Shown in pieces: positions 38,601 to 49,741 of a stretch of 64,000 nt of DNA. The stretch comes from Bispira polyomma. Taxonomy: Eukaryota. Positions within the stretch are counted from its first letter, which is position 1; each line of letters opens with the position of its first letter. The stretch covers positions 16,678,001 to 16,742,000 of the forward strand of contig OZ287758.1 of NCBI GenBank assembly GCA_965649765.1, given 5' to 3'. The position numbers and the translations under genes were made by a program. The notes beneath the pieces are model-generated. The model had not been told where the DNA came from. It saw only the letters and a list, made by a program, of their open reading frames with translations, and did not search any database.

Positions 38601-41600
38601 ATCAATTCTCCAAAAATAAAGTGCATGAACTCATTTGCAATCTTTTATACTGAAAACTTTTCGGTGTACTGCAAAAGTGGATCTTTTTGGGTCCTCATTA
38701 TATGTGCCCCTATTGTGAGAGCATAGGATGTGTGAAGATATGAAGATAAACTTCTGTGAATGTTAAGGGAGAGAGACATTTGTTTTTATAGTGACACCAG
38801 CATTCTAATATTCTATGTAAACTTTAACAAAGCATAAACATGGCAGCCAGCTCAGCATACATGGGCTTATGAGGCACCTTTTTTTACTAAGTACATGAGA
38901 TACAAATAATATATCTATAGCATCAACAACAGTATATATAAACGTGATATATATGGCTATATACAAATAATACATATAGCATAAAACAACAAAGTGTACA
39001 GACATGTGATACATATGGTGCAAGGGCTATTTAAATATTGGATGTTTATGTTCATCATATATATATAGTTCCCAAATAATCACAAAAATGAGTTCTATTT
39101 TCTTTCTGCATCTGAAATTTTTACTTTTCTGGATGGCTTTAAGACTTTAAAGTCAGATTTTTACTACTAATATATTTTATTAATTTACTCAGTTCATCCC
39201 AAAAAGCTACACAGTTGAAAGTTAAATTAATTTATTAATGTATTATACATCTCTGCAGCATTTTATTTGAACTATTAGCTCCGGCATGTGATATTTAAGA
39301 TTTTTTATGAAATAAAGAAGATCTATTTTGGGATATGATAGTTTTTTAAAATTTCTTTTTAACAAATACCTAGTGTTAGAATTGGGATAATAAAGACGAA
39401 GTTCTGAGTCAGATAAAGTTCTGTTGAAAGCCATTTGTTTGGCATGAGAAAATGGTGACCTGTCATCACAACGTCAAAATCTTACATGTTTGAAATACTT
39501 GGAGTCTGTAATAAACCAAATAAATCCCCTTTTGTACTGGGTAAATAAAAATTTCAGCTTAACAATTTAATTGAATTATTTTTCACTTTTGATTATTTTT
39601 TTGTTAAAATATCAGCGCAAGTTTCAGTTTCATTTAAAATTATTTTTCACTATCCACCACTAGCTAAAATACAATAGTCAAGTACCCCGATATTTTAAAG
39701 TAATATCCAAATTATAATCTGGATAATAAATAAAATGGACCTAATTCTAATATATGTTGCAGATAATAATACAATTCTTTGTATAAAATAAGGGCAAGAC
39801 CCAAACAGATATTGTCAGATAAAGTTCTGTTGAATGCTATTAGTTTGAGTCCAGAGAGATGACATAACTTTCTCTTGTCCCTCTTGGGCCTCCTTAATGA
39901 CTGCACTGATCCCCCTCTTACAACATTCTAAGGTTTGATAAGTCAGTAATTACAGTAAGAAGGATGTCCCCGGGGTTGGGTAAACTAACACAAAGATAAT
40001 GATGTCAAATAAAGACCTCACTCATTGTACGGAGAGCCTTATGATGTGGGGGTTCTGGTTTTATCATTATTATTTCAAAAACAGTAAAACAAATGATACA
40101 CACTTTGTGAAGTGCTGTTTGGAATTGGTATAGAGGAATAACACTTTATTACAATAAATGTAATAAAAATGTTTTAATTATTCTGGAAATACTGTTGAGT
40201 ATTACATGTTTCACTTCAAAAAATTGTAATGTGCTATATATATTGTTTAAAAAAACAATAAAAAAAACAACTTTACAAATACATTGTACATGACTCTAGA
40301 ATTTTAGATTTGGATAAATTGTGAAACACAGAACACCCGAAAGATTTATTTGGCCAAAGGCCATACAAACAGCTGGATGTAGTTCATTTGTAAAACGCCA
40401 CCATTTACAGCTTTATCCAATTACAAAGGCGTTTTATTGCAAAAACAAAACAGCCCTGCAAAAGTATCCAAGTGAAGTCTGATGTTCTCCTTGGGCCAGA
40501 AAACCGACAGATATTTCTGCAATGGCCGCCTGAGAACAGCCCCATTTGCAAGTGCTAAGTGAATTCTCTGATTATCTTCATCAATGTTTTATCACGTTAT
40601 AAAAGGTGTAAGCAGTTCATTAAGTTCATTTCTCCAATAATTATATCAACTTAGGAGAAATTGTATTTTGATCAAAATTAAACAGAAGGCGTGTTTATAC
40701 TGATGTGGGACTGTTTGAATAAACAAGTGACCCACCGGTCAGCCACTTTTGTCAGATTTAACCCACAATACCCTGCAGCCACCTGATGCTTTGATATGAG
40801 TGATTCGTCCCTAAAGAAATCTTTTTGATTTAGTTTAGAGTTTTACTTACTATATAAAGAATAAGACGGGAAGTATAGTGATAAATAAATTGTTCATTTC
40901 CAGTTATATATTTTTCGCAAAAATCACATGAAAGAACATTTTAATATATTAGATTAGTTTGATTTAACATTATTTTCATCAACTAGTACCAGTATATAAG
41001 GGTCCCGTGCTTTTACTGTGACAGCCACTTCAGTATGGAATAGAGTTTGTACTAAAATTCAGGCAGCTGCAACTCTGTCATCCCTCAGAAGTAGGTCATT
41101 TGTTTCAATTAGCCTTCTATGTGGTTTTATACTCAAATAATCACTAAGAAAGGGACTAGACAATGCTGTGTCTCTAGGTGTACACCTTGCAGGTGTTTAA
41201 CAGGGTGGATGAAGTGGTTTGGTAAACTACCATTCTAGGCGCGGATGTTTTTAAAACCATGGCCAAATGCCTCTTTTCTTTAGTGGCTCTTATCCAGCTT
41301 AATTAAATATAAACAATGACTTCCGGTTATATTCTTCCAGATCGGCGTGTGCATAGTGGCTTGGATGACCACTTATAATGGTGGTCCTCTGGCACTAGGT
41401 TCTATCACCAGTGGCAGGCTAAAGATACTTGAGGACGTTGATAAATGGTCATCCTCAAGGCAGATATATGCACTAAGTATAGATTTGAATACAGAATCCA
41501 GGTATCTTAATTGACTTCAGGCAGTCTTAAACACCATAAAAGCTCTTACATTACATGATCTCCAAACTGTATCTAAACCTTGCAGTGGCCTTTATAAATC

Positions 41601-43800
41601 ACAGACCACAATAACCCTTGTTCCCTCACACAAACCAAACATTTATAGAAATAAGCCCCCAGATTGGAGTTCCCTGGAACTGGTAAATCATTTCTCTGTG
41701 TGAGAAAATGAGGAAGTCCCTGTGTGTCCAAACAGACAGTAATGTGATTGTGTTTACACAGATTACTACTCATACTCCTACTGTGACTAACTCTCTGAGG
41801 ACTTTACTCATCACATACAAACATCCTTTTTGAAAGCTCACTCACATTTATTCTGTCAAATCAAATCTAGATATAAATGGTTTGACTATACTTTGTACTG
41901 TTGTGGTTGCACATTCTTTGTATTACTTGCCCATCTGTTGTATTTAAGAAAGTTAATATGACTAGAGTAAGATTAGCCCCTATCTGGCCTGCCAGTGTAA
42001 AGTCTGACAAATGGCCAGTGGCCCTAATGTTAGTGAGGGTCATTCATCAAGGCTCTGATGTGATCAGCCTTGGTCATTTCTTCTACCAATCATGTGTCTG
42101 CACACACAGACACCCAAACACTGACGCATACACCCACACACCACCACCCACATCTACAGCACATCGAATGGCCTGTCTCCATCTTTACAAACCACGCATA
42201 CATGTCAAAATGTTTGCTCCTTATACAATCTAACCTGCGTAGAGCAACCACCTACCAGAAATTCCCAACTGTTTTTTTCTTCAGAAGCAGTTGCTTTTTT
42301 ACAAGTTCACCAATGAAATAGTCAAAGTCTGCACCATATCATGTTGGAAAACATTATAAAGGCTTCATCTGAAAAGAAAAAAGTCATTCTATTTACATGA
42401 TTAAATTTATTAACATTACATATTTCACAAGTTCACATTTAACTGATTTCTCTTTAATAAATGTTGGTTTACAAAATTGCTGCAAATTTGAAAATAGAAT
42501 CAAGAGCAGGTCTCAAAAGTTTACTAATGCATAAATCATAATCCTCAATAATCAATAAGAGGGATAAATCTTATACTAGGCAAACAAATATATTCCATAA
42601 AACCCACTGAATGATAAAATCATACAATACAATCCTATTTGTTGACAAACAAATTTAGTCACCATGGAATGGTAAAAAAATACAATACACATATATTACC
42701 TCAAGGCCCTATTGTGGTTGATGACACTGATATAATGTCTATAGCATTACCAATGCCAATTGGATTGAACACAGTTGATAAGAAAAGATTCACTTTGCTT
42801 TAAAAGCAACATGGAAACGGGTGTATGGAAACGGTACTTAACCTACACAATGTTTGTGTGGAGGCAGCAGATGGGCTATTGATCCTCTAACTTATTTATC
42901 TTTGTATCATGGTAACACATACCTTACACTACACATAATGAAATGATTAACGGTTTATCAACAAGCCATTACAGAGATTAAGCAGAAGAAACTCATTTCC
43001 CCAAAAAATCATCACATCAGAGAATTATCTATAGGCTGTTCATGAAATCACGGATTCTCGGTAACTTAGTAAGGTCTCTATGATTACTTTTGTTGGTGGT
43101 ATGCCTGTGGTCTAGTGATCAGGTGGCCAGAAGCTCATCGGTTTGACTCTTAGTTGAGGGGGTTGGTTTAGTAATCTGAAGGTCCCTGGTTTAACTCCTG
43201 CTAATACTGCTAGGTTCATTGGTAGGATAACGTGGTTAGGCAAGAGGTGAACATTGCCCACCCACTAATGATGATCAGGCACTACTGCTTTGCAGAGGAT
43301 GATATATCAATAGAGTGCTACATAAATGCTTCAATAATCAAAAACTGTTCTTGCAGGAATTATTACTTCAAACATATACAGATGATTTAAAAAAAATTAT
43401 TAGTCATTTTAGATTCATCACAGAACAGCCTCCATAAGCTAAACGTTGTAAATTTAACCTGACGTAACATGGCCGACAGTGTTATTCCAATGATTTTGGT
43501 TTAGTTTTTATTTTATATTAATTGATATGTACCATGTTAGCATGAAGTAACAGAAAATCGGCTACTTTATCATATATAAGGAATGAGGGGATGTATTTAT
43601 TTTTACCAGATTCTATCTCTATGTGTGCTAATTTTGATTTACAACGTTTTCCTTATGCAAGCCGTTCTGTCCCTTTTTGTGAGTCCGTCGTCAAAATAAC
43701 AGCAAGGAATCTCGCTAAATAGGGACAGATTATTCGGTCTACATTGCCAGATATGATCTCTGTGGCTTTAAAATAAAATGTATTTGTTTATTATTTCAAG

Positions 43801-43883
43801 GACTCTATTCTGTACTTACAGCAGTAGTGACTCTGCCGTCTGTTACAGAAGCCAGGAACCATTATAGAGTGACATCAGTGTTG
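43801..43883 (+). CDS. Coding exon 2: end of signal peptide and first beta-strand of iGluR S1
   Basis: Acceptor ttatttcaag| and donor ttg|gtgagt; 83 nt, phase 1 to phase 0. Reads (G)LYSVLTAVVTLPSVTEA-RNHYRVTSVL. YRVTSVL|IEPY aligns with the VVVTTIL-ESPY motif that opens S1 in AMPA/kainate receptors. Confidence 0.85.
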
Positions 43884-45477
43884 GTGAGTATAGACATGGA
43901 ACATGTAGTAATGTCAGCACCATAGAGTAGTGTGGCTTATATCAGAAGTAATCAGGGGAACTGAGCAACTAATAAATAAGTAAAATGTATAGCTTTCTCT
44001 CGGGACATGTTTTCTAAGTGTGGTACTGTTTGTCCAGGTACATTTTGTCTTGATATGTTTTCTACATCCCACTTTTTTTAATTTACATTTAGCCAGTTAC
44101 GATAAAAAGATTGTATTCACTATATTTATGAATAAGGATATTCTCCTCTATAATACCACTGGTACTAAATTAATTAGTTCCTGCAGTTACACATATAATT
44201 TTCATTTTATTTAAAACACTACTAAGTCTATCACACGGTATTCACTGCATTACACTGTATACATTACCTAGAATTATTATTAAGTTGGCATCTAGTTGTT
44301 ATTTTTCTATGCTTAAATTCTACCTTGTCATGCTGATCATGTTTAATACATTTCTATCACACTGCAATTAAGTGAATGCAATAGCTGATACATTGAAGTT
44401 TGAAGGTATTGGCCATTTCCTTAGTGCTAAGAAGGGGTTAGAAACACTACTATCTAGTGATATTCTGCTGGAGAAGTCAAACCTTCTCTGCTTACAACTA
44501 ATTAACCTGGCTATTTTGATTCAGATTGATATTTAATACACCAAACAACGTGGGCCCATATCTTCTAAGAAACTCAAGCTTAAACTCCACTCAAATGAAG
44601 GCTAACCTGTACATAAAACCGTTCATTTCAGCTTTCAGCACTCAATTTTAATATGCACTGAAATCTAACTTTATCCAGATATTATAGAGACTTCAGTTTT
44701 GATCTTAGAAAATAAGGCAATGCCATGGGAAATTACTAAGTAACGTCGATATTTCTTCAGAGCAAACATAAAATAATTACTGAATCATGTAATTGTCAGA
44801 CATAGAGACTGCCACTGATGTATATACCCTGTTTCAAAACACAAGTTAGACTCTAACTGATTCAATAATTATAATTTAATCACGTCTAATATATCATTTG
44901 TGACATTTTAACAACTTTTGCTTCTGAGGAAAACGTGTTGGGGTAAATAGCCATTAGTGTTGGCTTACTTCACGTTTTGTGCACTATGAATATAGAAAAA
45001 CAACAAACGAAGTGCCAACATGGAAAATTAATTGAAATGTATTTTACTTACTGTTGTCAAAATATTTTTATCAAATAAAAGTTAATACGATTTTTTTTTT
45101 TAATAAAAAATGAACAAATCTTAATTTCCAGTAGGGGTGAGTCTATTCTAGTTCACTGGTCCAAATACACTAATGATATTTTTTCCTCAAATCTTAGACT
45201 GGCTCAGATTTGTCAATTTTTGCTACCAAACAATTTCCTAAACAAAAGGTCACAAGAGTAAATTATTGTCAATATGTGGCAACAGAAAGATTTGCTTAAG
45301 TATTGACAGTATTTTCAAAGATATGGCTTCTTAATATAATGTATGACATGGTTTTATCTCCAGTCCTTCTCTTAATAGTACACAGGTTTTAAATTAAATG
45401 TTAGCTACGATAAAATATAATCAAAATACAGATTTACTTAAAATTACCAAGGATTTAATTATTTTGCTTGCCATCCC

Positions 45478-46132
45478 AGATCATGGGATACCTTCTGTTC
45501 ACCAGACCAACTCCCTAACAACTAGACCATGGGATACCTTCTGTTCACCAGACCAACTCCCTAACAACTAGACCATGGAATACCTTCTGATCACCATCCC
45601 AACTCCCTAACAACTAGGCGATGAGATACCTTCTGATCACCAGACCAACTCCCTAACCACTAGACCATAGGATACATTCTGATCACCAGACCAACTCCCT
45701 AACAACTAGACCATAGGATACCTTCTGTTCACCAGACCAACTCCCTAACCACTAGACCATAGAATACCTTCTGATCACCAGTCCAGCCCTTAAAAACTAG
45801 GCTATGAGATACCTTCTGATCACCAGACCAACTCCCTAACAACTAGGCGATGGAATACCTTCTGATCACCAGACCAACTCCCTAACAACTAGGCGATGGA
45901 ATACCTTCTGTTCACCAGACCAACTCCCTAACAACTGGACCATAGGATACATTCTGATCACCAGACCAACTCCCTAACAACTAGGCGATGGAATACCTTC
46001 TGATCACCAGACCAACTCCCTAACAACTAGGCGATGGAATACCTTCTGATCACCAGACCAACTCCCTAACCACTAGACCATAGGATACCTTCTGATCACC
46101 AGTCTTGCCCTTAAAAACTATGCTATGGGATA
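45478..46132. repeat. 46-bp minisatellite, ~14 units, ending ~45 nt before exon 3
   Basis: Unit ccatgggataccttctg(a/t)tcaccagaccaactccctaacaactaga. Confidence 0.97.
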
Positions 46133-46177
46133 CTACTTGGCCTATATTATATCTAACAAATTGTTTTCTTATTTCAG

Positions 46178-46381
46178 ATAGAGCCGTATTTAATGGTCAA
46201 CCCTAAGTATGCTAACCACACAGGCAATGACCAGTACATGGGTTACATTGCTGACCTAATGCATGAACTGTCCCAACGTGTGGGATTTCACTACAGGATC
46301 CACGTGGTCAGGGATGGCGCATACGGGATCCGGAGATCCGACGGATCCTGGGATGGTATGATAGGAGAGCTCCAGAGAGAG
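46178..46381 (+). CDS. Coding exon 3: iGluR S1 lobe
   Basis: Acceptor tttcttatttcag| and donor gag|gtgagt; 204 nt, phase 0-0. Reads IEPYLMVNPKYANHTGNDQYMGYIADLMHELSQRVGFHYRIHVVRDGAYGIRRSDGSWDGMIGELQRE, matching S1 motifs GNxxYxGYxxDL, DGxYG and WxGMxGEL. Confidence 0.95.
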
Positions 46382-46741
46382 GTGAGTAGGTCAGAATGGT
46401 GTTTTAAAATGGCAGTGAATACAACATGAAAATAATTGTCTTGTGTGGATTTTAAACAACTGGTCAATATGTCAGAAATCAAGAGGCTGTATACAGGCCT
46501 TGACCGAGTATTGGTAACACCACTTATCTCCCACATCTGCAGTCCTGGGTTTAAATCATGACCCTTGTGTGTATGTGAGAAAGTTGGTAGCATACCTAAT
46601 GAAGGCCAGTGGTTTGCAGATCGAAAAGCCTTGACCAGCTACCCCTACTGTGATTTCCTCAAACAGTGAAATGCATATTGTAAAATGGCACAAAACATGT
46701 TAAAAGCGTTGTGAAACCTAACTAAATTCAACGTAAGCCCA

Positions 46742-47130
46742 CACTAAACTAAACATAAGGGATGCAGTAATGATGCCTCGGAACATAGAAACCAGTTCAT
46801 CATAATCTGTCTAATTATCTGTATTAGATCCTTTGCTATGTTCTCATTTTCACTATTTCTACTTATTAATTCAAATTAAACCCAAACAAAACATAAAGGC
46901 TCTAGTAATTATGCCCCAGAACATACAAACCAGTTACTAATAATCTGTCCGATCTATATTAGATCCTTTGCTTTTTTCTCACTTTTACTATTTCTACTTA
47001 TAAATTCAAATTAAACCCAAACTGAACATAAAGGCTGCAGTAATTATACCCCGGAACATACAAACCAGTTCATCATAATCTGTCTAATCTACTATTATAT
47101 CCTTTGCTAATTTCTCACCTATTTCTACTG
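46742..47130. repeat. ~136-bp tandem repeat, 3 units, filling the 3' half of intron 3
   Basis: gaacata.aaaccagtt occurs at 46781, 46919 and 47054, and the downstream sequence is colinear. Confidence 0.9.
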
Positions 47131-47140
47131 CTCTGTACAG

Positions 47141-47833
47141 GAAGCAGACATTGCTGCTGCTCCTCTCTACATCACCAATCAGAGAAAGCGAGCTGTCAGC
47201 TTCTCAAAGCCTTTCTTGAATGTCCAGGCCACCATCCTCTTGTCTAAGTACGAGAAGTATCCCGGGATTAAGTCAGCCAGGGATCTGCTGGGACAAGGCC
47301 GGATCCAGTACGGCACTCTTAATACGGGGGTTATAGTGCATGCCTTTAAGAACAGCAATGACTCCACCTACAAGGCTATGTGGAATACGATGAAAGAGAA
47401 CGGGCCGGAGGTGTTTACAGCCAGTAATGTAGAGGGCATAGACCGTGTGAGGAGAGGGCATTACGCCTTTATACTGCCTTCTACCATAGGCCAATACATA
47501 TCAATGCAAACCCACTGTGATCTCAAGACACTGGACAGCTTTCTCATGAACAGGGAGTTTGCCTTAGCCGTGTCCAGGCACTCCAAGAACATGCCCTACA
47601 TGTTACCGGACATCAACATAGGGCTGGACATTATGAGAACCTCGGGAAAGCTGGACGAGATCTATAAGAAGTGGTGGCTAGATAAGAACCACTGTGGGAC
47701 AGTGAAAAGTAGTTCAGTAGTTAGCCAGGGACACTACACCTCTACTGGCCCCGGTATAGCCAATCAAATCACACGACACATTTTAACTATTGGCTGTCTG
47801 CTCTTTACATGGTTTGTTATTGGCTTTTGGTAA
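47141..47833 (+). CDS. Coding exon 4 (last): end of S1 fused directly to the whole of S2, plus C-terminal hydrophobic/GPI-like tail
   Basis: Acceptor ctctgtacag|. Reads EADIAAAPLYITNQRKRAVSFSKPFLNVQATILLSK (S1 end), YEKYP, then GIKSARDLLGQGRIQYGTL...MW...EGIDRVRRGHYAFIL...HCDL...GKLDEIYKKWWLDKNHC (S2), then a spacer and ILTIGCLLFTWFVIGFW*. 231 codons with no internal stop; TAA at 47831-47833. Confidence 0.95.
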   Translation, partial: EADIAAAPLYITNQRKRAVSFSKPFLNVQATILLSKYEKYPGIKSARDLLGQGRIQYGTLNTGVIVHAFKNSNDSTYKAMWNTMKENGPEVFTASNVEGIDRVRRGHYAFILPSTIGQYISMQTHCDLKTLDSFLMNREFALAVSRHSKNMPYMLPDINIGLDIMRTSGKLDEIYKKWWLDKNHCGTVKSSSVVSQGHYTSTGPGIANQITRHILTIGCLLFTWFVIGFW

Positions 47834-49258
47834 TAGTTTGTTGGGGTAGTATAAACTGTGTGTATATGTATATATGGCTTAAGGTGATTAGTAATGACCA
47901 CAGCTGTCGCTGAATGCCCATTTTTTCATCAAATAATCCTAATATTGACTTCCCTTTACGGTGAATGAACCTTGACACAGACTCCTTTGAATTATGGAAT
48001 TGAACGATACAGTTCCAATATTATTTGTCATAATGGTAAAAAGTAAACACTATATTTCAAATAAATCATATAATAACATAACCCTTCATTTGCTTTGAAT
48101 GGTGTAGATGTTTGTGCACAATGTGTATGGATTTTTTTAGAGATAGCTTCATAAAGTATCTTTACACGAGATTTAATCAAATATAAACTGCAAATTCCAG
48201 TTATATTCAACAAGAGGGGGCAGTACTAATCGCCTTGGTCCGGTGTGTGAGTCTATGTGTATATGGTTCTATATATGTGTGTATGTATGGTTGCAAATAA
48301 GTCTGTATGAGAACGAGTGTGTAGGTGAGTATGTAAATGTCAGTAATGTGCCATATGTTCATTGTAGATACACATTATGGATGTATAACCACATTTATAT
48401 GTAGAGTTTTCTAGCCGGTTATTCACCAGTCAGTATTTTAATAATGTCTTTGTTGTATGCAATTTATACCTTGTAATTTACTGTATTTGTGAAGTTAGTA
48501 CATTATATATTTAACAATACCTTCTGTCTGCTCTTTTATACTATCTCAGTACATTGTTCAATGTTGATGGTAAACCGATGTAACTCTAGGCTTGATTGTG
48601 ATATATTTGTGGTGTAAATAGTTCATGTAGTGTTTAAACTAGACATACTGCTATGGGGTTGTAACTTCTACGCCCGAGTTTGTGTCACAGAAATTAAAAC
48701 ACTGACATTCTTCCTATGAGGTTTAATGTAATTTGTTTTTAACTTTTAGTGCTGTTATAATTATATCACATCTTAGTAATTATTATGTCTGCTAGGTCAT
48801 TGTACCATTGTTACAGCTTGGTAGAACGAATCTAGAATTCATTGAACAAGATGTTGCCATGTGGCATTTTTACTGTATAAATCTATTAATTAAATATAAT
48901 TATGATTGCTAATGCTGTAATGTTAGATATGGGAAGCCGACTCTAATTGTATGGCATTTGACATGTTCTATATTAAGAAATACTATTGCTGTGTCTCATA
49001 AATGATAGAATTTAGCCGCCTTATCATATGTACAAACTAGTGTTAATGTTATTTAAATGCGATGTTATTATGCTATCAGACTGACTAAGTCACAAGTCAC
49101 CAGAATGCCTCCTATCAGTTAAACACTTTGGGATTGCCATTTGGTCACTTTATCAAATGTGTGGATGAACCATAGAAATCCCCCGTATGACCACAATATC
49201 ACATCATCATTGGAACAACTGCACTTGTGACTCATTATACCTAGCATATGAAGAAATA

Positions 49259-49470
49259 GGGGCCCCGGCGGCCTTGTGGTTTTAAAGTGTCTGTTTCAAA
49301 ATCAATGGTCTCTCACCACTGGGTAGGTTTGAATCTGGTTTGTTACTTAATGTGGAAAAGTTTGCAGCATACTTGCTGTAGTTCGGTGACTTACAGTGCT
49401 TCAGCGCTGGTTTCTTCCACCGTTGACCTAGCTGTTGAAAACCATGTATAACCCATCTAAATTCCAATTT
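49259..49470 (+). mobile_element. Older family-B SINE
   Basis: ggggccccggcggccttgtggtt...ggtctctcaccactggg..ggtttgaatc...gctggtttcttccacc. Confidence 0.7.
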
Positions 49471-49492
49471 AAAAATGAATAAATACAAAAGT

Positions 49493-49741
49493 TGAATTTG
49501 GATATTTAATGTCCACTCTAGTACCTTTTAGTAGGTTATATTGGGACGGGTAGTTGAAAATGCTGGAGGAAACACTGCATACAGTCGGTCAAGGTTGTGC
49601 AGAGAAACCAGCGGCCCACAGTAAGGAACTACCACCTTTCCCAAATAGGCTTTGACAGGATTTGAACTCACGCCGCCCAGAGGTGAGAGACCAGTGATTG
49701 TGAAGCGCAATGCTTACTAACCACTAGGCCACCGCGGTCCC
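49493..49741 (-). mobile_element. Full-length young family-B SINE with perfect 15-bp TSD
   Basis: Minus strand starts gggaccgcggtggcctagtggttag (A-box), then gagttcaaatcc (B-box). TSD aataaatacaaaagt at 49478-49492 and 49742-49756. Confidence 0.9.

Noticed and set aside
45478-46132. CRISPR-like regular array
   Set aside because: Units are head-to-tail with no unique spacers, no cas genes are present, and the context is a eukaryotic intron.
46382-47140. Hidden M1-M3 pore exons in intron 3 or elsewhere in the gene
   Set aside because: Intron 3 is a SINE plus a tandem repeat and lies before the end of S1. I saw no SYTANLAAF-like motif in the ORF track or by eye, and S1 and S2 are contiguous in exon 4.
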